The notes under the pieces: model-generated | The model's input: only the letters and a program-made list of their open reading frames with translations | Databases searched by the model: none | Told to the model about the DNA's origin: nothing | Program-made: the position numbers and the translations under genes | Part shown: one piece after another, positions 7,829 to 15,501 of the stretch | Layout of the letters: each line of letters opens with the position of its first letter | Position numbering within the stretch: position 1 is the stretch's first letter | Assembly: GCA_003697085.1 (NCBI GenBank) | Contig: RFFU01000074.1 | Span: forward strand, 17,562-81,561 | DNA: 64,000 nucleotides | Reading direction: 5' to 3' | DNA from: Candidatus Hydrogenedentota bacterium | GTDB lineage: Bacteria > UBA8481 > J006

Positions 7829-8515
7829 ATGGCGGAAAAGGAAGACGGGAAGGCAAAAGCCGACAAAGAGAAGGAACCGGAAAGAAAACCGGAGGAACCC
7901 CTTTCGGAGGAGGAGATGAAGGATGTGGCGGGAGGGTTTATTCCCACTCCGGCCACTTTCGGGAATCCCCTTTCGTCCCGGATGGCGTCGAGATTGCGTC
8001 GGCGCGGCGCGGTCGGTCCGGTCGATCCCGAGGAGGCGGTCTCACGCGGTCCGGTCGATCCCGAACAAAGCCGGCGTCCCGACGATCCGAAACACCCGTG
8101 GCACCTTTGCTTCGGCCCGGAGACGCTGGTTCCAACGCGGAAGGGCTATCAGCCTATTTCTGGGATCGCAGTCGGTGACGAGATCGTCAGTGTCACCTTC
8201 GACGGAACCTTGTTCGTCGATCGGGTCGAAAAGCTGGACGTTCACCACGGGGAGATTTCCGTGATCGAACTTTCGTTGGACGACGACGTGATTCTCGTCA
8301 CTCCTGACCATAAGGTCTGGTCGGGCGAGAAATGGATCCGAGCCGCCGACTCGATCTATGTTTCCCGGACGAAGGTGGGAAGAATCGTTCCGGCGGTCTA
8401 TAACCTTCGAACCACCACGGGAACATACCTGGTCGGATACAGCGGACTGCTCGTTTCAGGTGGGCGGGTGGAAGACCTGCATTCCGAGGATCCGGTGGCG
8501 GAGGTTGCTCGGTAG
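7829..8515 (+). CDS. Precursor protein of 228 aa: double-glycine leader (36 aa), 57-aa core, and a C-terminal Hedgehog/intein-type Hint autoprocessing domain
   Basis: MAEKEDGKAKADKEKEPERKPEEPLSEEEMKDVAGG|FIPTPATFGNPLSSRMASRLRRRGAVGPVDPEEAVSRGPVDPEQSRRPDDPKHPWHL|CFGPETLVPTRKGYQPISGIAVGDEIVSV...ILVTPDHKVWS...VPAVYNLRTTTGTYLVGYSGLLVSGG. Hint block A begins with Cys (codon 8108..8110; compare CFTPES in Hedgehog). Block B is T-x-x-H (VTPDHKV). Block F/G-like VYNL..TGTYLV is present, but there is no terminal His-Asn. The track ORF starts at an in-frame GTG at 7820; the ATG at 7829 with an RBS matches gene 1. Confidence 0.75.
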   Translation: MAEKEDGKAKADKEKEPERKPEEPLSEEEMKDVAGGFIPTPATFGNPLSSRMASRLRRRGAVGPVDPEEAVSRGPVDPEQSRRPDDPKHPWHLCFGPETLVPTRKGYQPISGIAVGDEIVSVTFDGTLFVDRVEKLDVHHGEISVIELSLDDDVILVTPDHKVWSGEKWIRAADSIYVSRTKVGRIVPAVYNLRTTTGTYLVGYSGLLVSGGRVEDLHSEDPVAEVAR

Positions 8516-8549
8516 GAATGTCTTCACCTGACAATTCCTGAAGTTCCCG

Positions 8550-8590
8550 AAGGAGGGCGTGTTTTCGGAACCGTCCTCCTTTTCTTTTTT
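8550..8590 (+). terminator. Rho-independent terminator after the precursor genes
   Basis: aaggagggcg-tgttttcggaac-cgtcctcctt forms a 10-bp stem (one G-U pair) followed by tttctttttt. Confidence 0.55.
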
Positions 8591-8739
8591 GCCGTGCTCG
8601 CTCGATGTCTCCCAAACGTTTCACGCTTCGATTCGCTCTTCCCCCTACCGTTCTGTATCTTCCGAGCGTTCCATCGTTTCTTAGTCCGCGCTCCCCCCTT
8701 TCCGGCGCGGGACGGCGCGTAAATGGCGGGTGGCGGGTT

Positions 8740-10986
8740 TTACCCTTGTTGGAACGGTTCCCCCGGCGCTGCCTCCGCCATACGCTCGAGAAAATAGACC
8801 GCCGGGCCGTCGTAGGGAAGTCGTCGTGCGACCTCGGTGATCGATTCCTTGGCACGGGCGACGTCCTTTTCGCGGTAGGCTCGAACGCCCTTCTCCCACG
8901 TTTCCATAACCTCCAGGTAACTCTTCGGGAGCCGTGCGGTTTCATCCACAAGTTCGTAAACATCCAACGCGGCTTTCTGTCCCCGAAGCCGAAAGACTCC
9001 GACGGTACGGAAATAGAACCGGTTTGGAGCGCACTTTTCGACCTCTTGCTTCGTCTCTCCGGACGTCAGGATTGTCGTGCCGAGATCGCGGTTGAGACTT
9101 TCGAGCCGCGAGGCGATATTGACCGTCGTGCCGATGACCGTGTAATCGAAGATCGTTTCGGAACCGAGGTTTCCGGCCACGACTTCGCCTGTATGGATTC
9201 CGATTCGAATGCCGAGATTTGGCCACACTCCGCTGGCCCACGTCTGGGCCAGCTCCGCCACCGCCCGCCGCTTTTCCAGGGCGCAGGAACAGGCGAGCAC
9301 GGCGTGCTTCTCCTGGTGAAGAGGGACGTTCCATTCGGCCATCACCGCGTCGCCGATCATCTTGTCGATCGTTCCGTCGAACGCGACGATCTTCTCGGTC
9401 ATCCTCGTGAAGTAGGTGTTGAGGAAGCGGACCAGATCTTCCGACGGCAACTCCATCGCCCACCGACTGAAGTGTTTGATATCCGAAAAGAGGACGGTCG
9501 CCGTCGTCTTTCGACCGACGAGTGTCAGCGCCGAGGGGTCCTTCAGGATCTCCCGCATTACGGAGGGGGCGACGTATTTCTGAAAGGCCAATCGCAGCCT
9601 CCGTTTCTCCTCGAACTGGTGATAGGTCCAGTCCGACAGGAGGAAGATGCTGGAGGCGAGCAAGGGAGCCGCGACCGGAAGAAGAAAGCCTTTGTTCATC
9701 AGTACTGCGGCGGCTCCCAGAAGAAGAACGCCACTTCCCGCCAAGGATGTCACTCCCCAAACCAGATTGCGGCGCATCCCCCACCATGCAAGAAACGCCG
9801 TGAGGACCGTAAGCAGCCAACCGAGCCACCTTGGAGGGAGCCGGAGGGAGGTGGGATCGAGCAGGGTTGCCGTGGCGTTTGCCAAAATCCGAGTGTAAGG
9901 AAGGGAAACGCCCAAGGGAGTCCGAATCCTCTTCCGAGCGGGACCGATCAAAACGATTCGCCCGGAAAAACGGTCCCGCGACAGCCGTTTCGGCGCGTTA
10001 TCGAAAGCCGCGTCGTGCCACAGGTCGGCGAAGGAAAGCGGTTCCCCTGGAAAGACCTCGAAACGTCCCGCCCGATCCTTTCGATTCCGTTTCGGGTTTC
10101 GGTAATAGTTGACCAGGATGGTTTCGTCCGCATTGGCGGCGCTTTGCTCCCCGAGATTCCGGAGGAGCGAACATCGTGCGCGCCCGTTTCCAGTAAACCC
10201 ACCGGAGTTGCCGGAGAGAGAAGCCGTCCAACCGGCGATCGCCAACGGCAGAGACGGGAAGAAAACGCCCTTGACCTGGAGCCAGAGTGGGAATCCCATC
10301 GTGGGGCGTTCCGGGCGCCGAAAAGCAAGGAAGCCGATCTCCGTTTTCGGAGTCGATACGCGGGACGAGGGAAAAGAGACGCTCGGAACGGAAAGAATTT
10401 TCTTCGGGGGGGTGGAAAAGGAACAGGCGGCCGCGTCGAGTACGGCGGCTTGTTGCCGGTTTGAATTCGCGAAGCCCGAGTCGATTCGGAGAGGCAGGAT
10501 GTTGGGGATTCGATCGAGCGCACTTCGAAAGGAGGCATCCTGTTCTCGGGAGAAGAGGACGGGAAATTCCGCCACGAAGGTTTCGAGTTGGCTCTCTTGT
10601 TCGGCGAGGTGTTTTCGGAGCGCGTCACGGAAGATCGTTGAATTGAGTTTGACGGGAACTTCGTCCAGTACGAAGGGAATGTGGAACGCGACCCCCTGGG
10701 CCCCGTTCTCCGCGAGATATTCGACCACCTTCGCAAAAACACTTCTCGGCCAAGGAGGTTCTCCCATTTCGGGCTTCAGTCTTCGCAAACTTTCGTCATC
10801 GATTTCCACGACCGTGAGGGGCAACTCCGTGGTCGTTTCCCGGTAATGACGGCGTATCCGAAACGCGATGGTTTCTTCCTCGAGACCCTGAACGAGATAG
10901 AACGGGTCCAAGAGGACGAAGAGGACGATCACCGCGAGAAGAAGGGTGCTCGAGTGAGAGAAGTTCTTGACCGACCTAAGAATCAT
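8740..10986 (-). CDS. CHASE2 sensor domain-containing class III adenylate/guanylate cyclase
   Basis: N-terminal signal/TM, a large periplasmic region and several TM helices typical of CHASE2. C-terminal cyclase catalytic domain VLFSDIKHFSRWAMEL...FDGTIDKMIGDAVMAEWNVP...IRIGIHTGEVVAGNLGSE...YTVIGTTVNIASRLESL. Confidence 0.85.
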   Translation of the reverse strand: MILRSVKNFSHSSTLLLAVIVLFVLLDPFYLVQGLEEETIAFRIRRHYRETTTELPLTVVEIDDESLRRLKPEMGEPPWPRSVFAKVVEYLAENGAQGVAFHIPFVLDEVPVKLNSTIFRDALRKHLAEQESQLETFVAEFPVLFSREQDASFRSALDRIPNILPLRIDSGFANSNRQQAAVLDAAACSFSTPPKKILSVPSVSFPSSRVSTPKTEIGFLAFRRPERPTMGFPLWLQVKGVFFPSLPLAIAGWTASLSGNSGGFTGNGRARCSLLRNLGEQSAANADETILVNYYRNPKRNRKDRAGRFEVFPGEPLSFADLWHDAAFDNAPKRLSRDRFSGRIVLIGPARKRIRTPLGVSLPYTRILANATATLLDPTSLRLPPRWLGWLLTVLTAFLAWWGMRRNLVWGVTSLAGSGVLLLGAAAVLMNKGFLLPVAAPLLASSIFLLSDWTYHQFEEKRRLRLAFQKYVAPSVMREILKDPSALTLVGRKTTATVLFSDIKHFSRWAMELPSEDLVRFLNTYFTRMTEKIVAFDGTIDKMIGDAVMAEWNVPLHQEKHAVLACSCALEKRRAVAELAQTWASGVWPNLGIRIGIHTGEVVAGNLGSETIFDYTVIGTTVNIASRLESLNRDLGTTILTSGETKQEVEKCAPNRFYFRTVGVFRLRGQKAALDVYELVDETARLPKSYLEVMETWEKGVRAYREKDVARAKESITEVARRLPYDGPAVYFLERMAEAAPGEPFQQG

Positions 10987-11129
10987 CGTTCTTCCTTCCC
11001 GCCCGACTCGCGTTTTCGATCGCGTTCAAGGACGATTTCGATTCGGTATCCTAAACCACGAAGAAGGCTTTATTGGAGTGGAATTTCGAAGCGGAGGCGC
11101 TTCGCGACGATCCGCGAATCGAGCGTCCG

Positions 11130-11590
11130 TGCGTGGAGCGCGGATTCACCAGTCTGCGGATGGCCGAACCGCTCTGCACAGGTTGGAGAACCTGCGGCCC
11201 ATCCTTGCAGGCAAGATGCGTGCGCTCCGAGGGAGCGTAGACTCTCCAGTCTGCGAATTGCTAATTCGCCCTCCGTGGAAGGGGCTGGTTAGCGCTGGTG
11301 GGGGATTCCTCGTCGGCGTCGCTTCGCGCCGCCTCTCTCGGAATGACACAAGGGGGGAGCGAAGCGACACACTGTTGTCATCCCGAGTTCGCCTCAAGGC
11401 GAACGACGGATCTCCCCAACGCGGTATTCCGCATTGCGAACCGATCGGTGCCTGTGGGGGATTCCTCGGCGCTAATGCGCCTCGGACTGACAGGCCGATC
11501 CGGCTCCATGTTCGCCGTGTTACGGAGCGCGGAGACTCCTGTCTGCGAATTCAGCGATCCGTCGCTCGCCGCCGACCGCACCTGTGCATT
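11130..11590. repeat. Composite intergenic repeat element (module A in reverse orientation plus two module B copies)
   Basis: 11180-11245 caggttggagaacctgcggcccatccttgcaggcaagatgcgtgcgctcc is the reverse complement of module A. 11296-11345 and 11455-11480 carry gtgggggattcctcg...ctcggaatgaca (module B). Confidence 0.7.
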
Positions 11591-11718
11591 CCCATTTTTT
11601 CTTTCATTCGCTCTTGAAAATCAATACCAATTGGATTAAACTATAATGCTCTCCTGTTGGAGATTTCGGAGAAGATCGAATTTGAGGAACCGTGGGAGGC
11701 GGGAAGGAGTTCGCGTGT

Positions 11719-12765
11719 ATGAGGTGGTTTTCGCGACGTCTTTTCTCTCTAGGAATGGCGGTTTCGGCTTTGTTTTTGGTGGCGGGAGCCGGGAATGCTT
11801 CCCTCTATTCCTCCAACGGTTTCTATAACGTTACCTTCAACAATCCAACAAACACGAAATATATCGACAAGAGAGCCTCGGATTTCATCGACGCGGCTCA
11901 GTCGTACTGTTACGTCGCGATCTACGCGCTGAATCGCCAGAGGATCGTGGACAGCCTGATCGAGCGTCACCAGGCCGGGGTGGACGTTCGCGTGGTGACC
12001 GAAGCCGATAACCGTAATCACCCCTCCTACAAGGCCGCTTATGATCAACTCGAGGCCGCCGGAATCGTCGTCAAAACCGATAACCGGTCCGCTCTGATGC
12101 ACCACAAGTTCATCGTGGTCGATGATAACGAGGTTCTGACGGGATCCTACAATTTTACCGATGAAGGAACGCAACAGAACAAGAACAATCTCTTGGTCAT
12201 CCACTCCTCGGGCGTCGCTTCGCGTTTCAAGGGAGAGTTCCTCGAGATGTGGGCGGGGAGGTTCGGCAACGCGAAGGCGGATTTCTCGGGGAGAAACACC
12301 GTCAGCGGCGCCACCGTGTACACGAAGTTCGGCCCGAAGGCGAATCTCCGCGCTTCCCTGCTCTACCATCTCAACACCGCCAACGTTTCCGTCTATTTCA
12401 ACATCTTCACCTTCACCGACCAGTCGATCGCGGACAAGTTGGTCGAACTCCACCAGCGCGGTGTTACCGTAAAAGGCACGATGGACGCCTACCAGGCCAC
12501 CGACCAGTATTCGCAGTATCAGTACCTCGTGGCGAACGGCCTGCCGATCAAGCGCGATGCATATGCGGGTTTGTTGCACGACAAATTCATCGCCATCGAC
12601 GCGGGAACCGCCAGCACACCGAAACTGATCACCGGTTCGGCGAACTGGACGGCCGCGGCCGACGAGGAGAACGACGAGGATATGTTGGTCATCTACGACT
12701 ACGACACCGTCGGAAGAAGTTACAAGGGAAACGCCGTTTACGTCTACAACTACAAGGCCTACTGA
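11719..12765 (+). CDS. Secreted phospholipase D-like superfamily protein with two HKD motifs (PLD/Nuc-like phosphodiesterase)
   Basis: Signal peptide MRWFSRRLFSLGMAVSALFLVAGAGNA. First HKD: LMHHKFIVVDDNEVLTGSYNFT. Second HKD: LLHDKFIAIDAGTASTPKLITGSANWT. The track ORF starts at 11692; the ATG at 11719 gives a clean signal peptide. Confidence 0.8.
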   Translation: MRWFSRRLFSLGMAVSALFLVAGAGNASLYSSNGFYNVTFNNPTNTKYIDKRASDFIDAAQSYCYVAIYALNRQRIVDSLIERHQAGVDVRVVTEADNRNHPSYKAAYDQLEAAGIVVKTDNRSALMHHKFIVVDDNEVLTGSYNFTDEGTQQNKNNLLVIHSSGVASRFKGEFLEMWAGRFGNAKADFSGRNTVSGATVYTKFGPKANLRASLLYHLNTANVSVYFNIFTFTDQSIADKLVELHQRGVTVKGTMDAYQATDQYSQYQYLVANGLPIKRDAYAGLLHDKFIAIDAGTASTPKLITGSANWTAAADEENDEDMLVIYDYDTVGRSYKGNAVYVYNYKAY

Positions 12766-13007
12766 GTCGACACGACGAACCTGTATCCTGCGCTTTTTTG
12801 TGCGTATCGAAGAGGCGGACTCAACCCCCCGGTGGTTCGGCCGGCGGATTGGAAAACAAAAACTTTGAGCTGGTATCGCATCGCAGTATACTTTTTCTTG
12901 AATCACAAGGCAGAGGTGCCCGCGTGAAGGCAAAAACGGACGCGTATCCGTTGTAGCGACCGGACGGTGTCGTCCACCACGGCGTCATCGAACCCGATAA
13001 GGATCCT

Positions 13008-13286
13008 GTGGTGCGGGAGATCGTCGGCGAGGCGGCCAAGGTCGAGGGAATCGCCTGGGTCGTCCTTTTCGGTTCCCGCGGCCGGGGGGATCATAATCGC
13101 CGTTCGGATTATGATATCGCAATCTCGGCACCGTTGTTGTCCAGGCAAGATTGGACGTTCTTCGCCTCCCACCTTCGGGATACGGTCCGAACTCTCTGTT
13201 GTCTCGATTTGGTCCGTTGGGAAGATCCCCTCGATCCCGAATTGAGAAGAGAGATCGAACGAGGAATCCGGGTTTACGCGGCGTGA
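13008..13286 (+). CDS. Nucleotidyltransferase-domain antitoxin (MntA-like, type VII TA)
   Basis: VVLFGSRGRGDHNRRSDYDIAI is the minimal NTase fold GS-x9-13-DxD motif; 92 aa. Confidence 0.75.
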   Translation: MVREIVGEAAKVEGIAWVVLFGSRGRGDHNRRSDYDIAISAPLLSRQDWTFFASHLRDTVRTLCCLDLVRWEDPLDPELRREIERGIRVYAA

Positions 13287-13687
13287 ATCGCCTTTCGTCC
13301 TCGATCGAGAACCTGAAATTGGCCTTCGCCGCGCTCGAACGGTTGCTGAAAACCCCCGTCACAGAACCACGCGATCTTTCCGGTATCGTGAAGGATTTCG
13401 AGATCGTCTATGAATTGAGTTGGAAGACCTTGAAAAAATTCCTCGAAAGCGAGGGCCATTCCCCTCGTTCAGCCAGGGAAGCCTTCCTTTTGGCCTTTCA
13501 ACTCGGATACCTGGAGGATGATCGGGTCTGGGTCGAGATGATCGAAGACCGAAACCTCACGGGACACACTTATAATCAACCTTTTGCAGCCTCTTTGGTG
13601 AAGCGGATACGGGAGAAGTATCTCCCCGCTTTGGCGGGACTAAGGAATACGATCGTCTCAGAGAGGGAAAACCAGACCAATCGTTGA
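13283..13687 (+). CDS. HepT-like toxin (nucleotidyltransferase substrate-binding protein, HI0074 family)
   Basis: Overlaps the MntA stop (GTGA). Contains the Rx4HxY motif (RNLTGHTY) near the C-terminus. The in-frame GTG at 13283 is taken as the start. Confidence 0.7.
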   Translation: MNRLSSSIENLKLAFAALERLLKTPVTEPRDLSGIVKDFEIVYELSWKTLKKFLESEGHSPRSAREAFLLAFQLGYLEDDRVWVEMIEDRNLTGHTYNQPFAASLVKRIREKYLPALAGLRNTIVSERENQTNR

Positions 13688-13859
13688 ATCGCGTTACGAC
13701 TTCCGTCACCCGGCTTCGCAATCTTTCCATAATGACCAGCGATACCGAGTGATGACGAGAGGGAGAACGAGCGTTTGGATAGGCGGGAGGAATGGGATGC
13801 CCGGGCCGCCGCGTTTTCTTGGACGAATCAGCATCTCCCAAAAAGGAATCGACGAAGTC

Positions 13860-14138
13860 TCAACCCCCGTTCCCGAACCGCTGTGCCACAACCAGAAGGA
13901 GTTCTCGAAACCCACCGGGCCGCCGGACAAGCGCAGCCGGATCGGGCAACGACTTCGGCACTTTCGAACCGTCGGTGAAGCCTTGGAGGTAGAGATCCAG
14001 GAAGGAATCGACGAGCGACAATAACTCCTCGAATTGTCCGGGCCCGAGCCGCGAGGCCAGATCGTTCATCAACGTTTCGTCTTCGAGAATCGCCTCGTGA
14101 ACCCGCCGGCGAAAATGAGCCGTGTTTCTTACTGCCAT
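13860..14138 (-). CDS. Hypothetical small protein (92 aa)
   Basis: Intact ORF with GC3-rich codon usage typical of the window; no recognisable motif. Weak call. Confidence 0.3.
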   Translation of the reverse strand: MAVRNTAHFRRRVHEAILEDETLMNDLASRLGPGQFEELLSLVDSFLDLYLQGFTDGSKVPKSLPDPAALVRRPGGFRELLLVVAQRFGNGG

Positions 14139-14309
14139 TCGATGACTCTATTCTCTCTGTTCCAACGATGCAATTCGATATGGCCGCGCGGGAACGAAGA
14201 AACGGCGAGGGTTTCGGGGCGCGCGGAGATTTGGAGCCGACCGGCCGGTGAAGCGCATAACATCCATTGTGATTTCGTGAAGAGCGGGGCGAACCGACGC
14301 CACCCGGCG

Positions 14310-14660
14310 CCCCCCTGTCCTTCCGAGGAGGCCGAAGGCCAACGAGGAATCCCCCGCGGGAGCGAAACCGGCCCCCTGGAAGTATGGCGAAAAACGGGCA
14401 CCGTTTGTCGGATCGTGTCCGTCCACTCCGGCGCGAAACCCCGCATGGGATCGGGACGGGCGAAAGGTGACCCTCTGCGAACCCGTTTTTGCAGGCAAGA
14501 TGCCTGCCTGTCGGCAGGCAGGCCCGCGCTCCCAGGACACGCTTCCCATTCCCTTTTCGTTTCCCTTCCCCATTCCCTTTTTTTTGCCCTTGCCTTTGCC
14601 CTTGCCCTTCCCGCGTGATACTCCGTGGAGGGGATTCCTCAATCGCCTTACGGCGATTTT
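14310..14660. repeat. Composite intergenic repeat element (modules B, A and C in reverse orientation)
   Basis: 14320-14345 cgaggaatccccc (module B). 14488-14545 gcaggcaagatgcctgcctgtcggcaggcaggcccgcgctcccagga (module A). 14545-14620 ttcccattcccttttcgtttcccttccccattcccttttttttgcccttgcctttgcccttgcccttccc (module C, pyrimidine strand). Confidence 0.7.
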
Positions 14661-14875
14661 CGGAATGATAAAAGACGCTGTCCTTCCGGGGATGCCGCAG
14701 TCCCGGTGAGGCATCCTCGATGAGGAGGGGCTGCCGACGGCTCGCTTCTCGTCCCCACCTGTCTTTGGGTCTGCGCCCCCGGCAGGAGACAGCCGGATGC
14801 CCCTCTGGATGGCTCACTATGTCCCCGTGTACTTCTGAAACTGTCAAAATGGAAGAATGACACCTTTTTCTTTGT

Positions 14876-15496
14876 ATGATAGGTTGGGAAACGATGCGAA
14901 AGGTCCTTTTCATTCTCGGGCTCCTGACGGATCAGGATGTTGAACGCCTCGGGAGGCTGGGGTCCATCGAGAAGATTTCAGCGGGAGCGACGTTGATAGA
15001 AGCGGGGCGTCATCCCGACAAGGTCTATTTCATACTCAGCGGTATTTTTCGTGTTACGCGGAACGCTGCCGTCGGTACGGAGGGGGCGAGCGAGGGGGCG
15101 GTGGGTTCGAAAAACGTCGTGGCGGAACTGCGCGCGGGTGAAGTATTGGGGGAGATGTCGTTCGTTCAAGATGCGCCGCCGACGGAGACGGTCACGGCGG
15201 TCGGGGAGGGTGAGGTCTTGGCGATACCCCGCGAGGACCTCCGCGCCGTTCTCGAATCGGATCCCGCTTTCGCCTCGCGTTTTTATCAAGCCATCGCCGC
15301 TTTTCTTGCGGATCGCCTGCGCGGAACGATGAACCGGCTCTATGGGAGGCCGACGGAAACGGCGGGAGCGGGAGACGATGACTCGGAGAGAGGAACGATT
15401 CTCGAAGAGGACGAGTTGGATCCCCGCGTTCTTGATCGTGTTTCGCGTGCCGGAGAACGATTCGACCGATTGCTCAAGAAGTTCCGCGGGAGATAA
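14876..15496 (+). CDS. Cyclic nucleotide-binding domain protein (CAP-effector-domain family, no HTH)
   Basis: ...KVYFILSGIFRVT...RAGEVLGEMSFVQDAPPTETVTAVGEGEVLAIPREDL... is the canonical cNMP-binding beta-roll signature (G-E-x-S/A ... R-T-A-T-V-like). First gene of the exporter operon. Confidence 0.8.
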   Translation: MIGWETMRKVLFILGLLTDQDVERLGRLGSIEKISAGATLIEAGRHPDKVYFILSGIFRVTRNAAVGTEGASEGAVGSKNVVAELRAGEVLGEMSFVQDAPPTETVTAVGEGEVLAIPREDLRAVLESDPAFASRFYQAIAAFLADRLRGTMNRLYGRPTETAGAGDDDSERGTILEEDELDPRVLDRVSRAGERFDRLLKKFRGR

Positions 15497-15501
15497 GACG
15501 T

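Noticed and set aside
8108-8515. Interpreting the Hint segment as a fragment of a genuine intein interrupting a host gene
   Set aside because: There is no C-extein (the ORF stops right after the Hint domain, and a terminator follows). There is no homing endonuclease. The N-terminal 'extein' is only a GG-leader peptide plus a short core, so this is not a split housekeeping protein.
8605-10464. 619-aa + strand ORF antisense to the adenylate cyclase gene
   Set aside because: Arg/Pro/Gly-rich nonsense composition typical of antisense frames in high-GC DNA. The minus-strand gene has clear CHASE2 and cyclase motifs.
11749-12933. 394-aa minus-strand ORF antisense to the PLD-like gene
   Set aside because: No motifs; mirrors the + strand gene that has two HKD motifs and a signal peptide.
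13828-14913. 361-aa minus-strand ORF spanning the repeat element at 14310-14660
   Set aside because: It runs through the composite repeat (modules A/B/C). Its low-complexity Gly/Arg/Pro composition is translated repeat, not protein.
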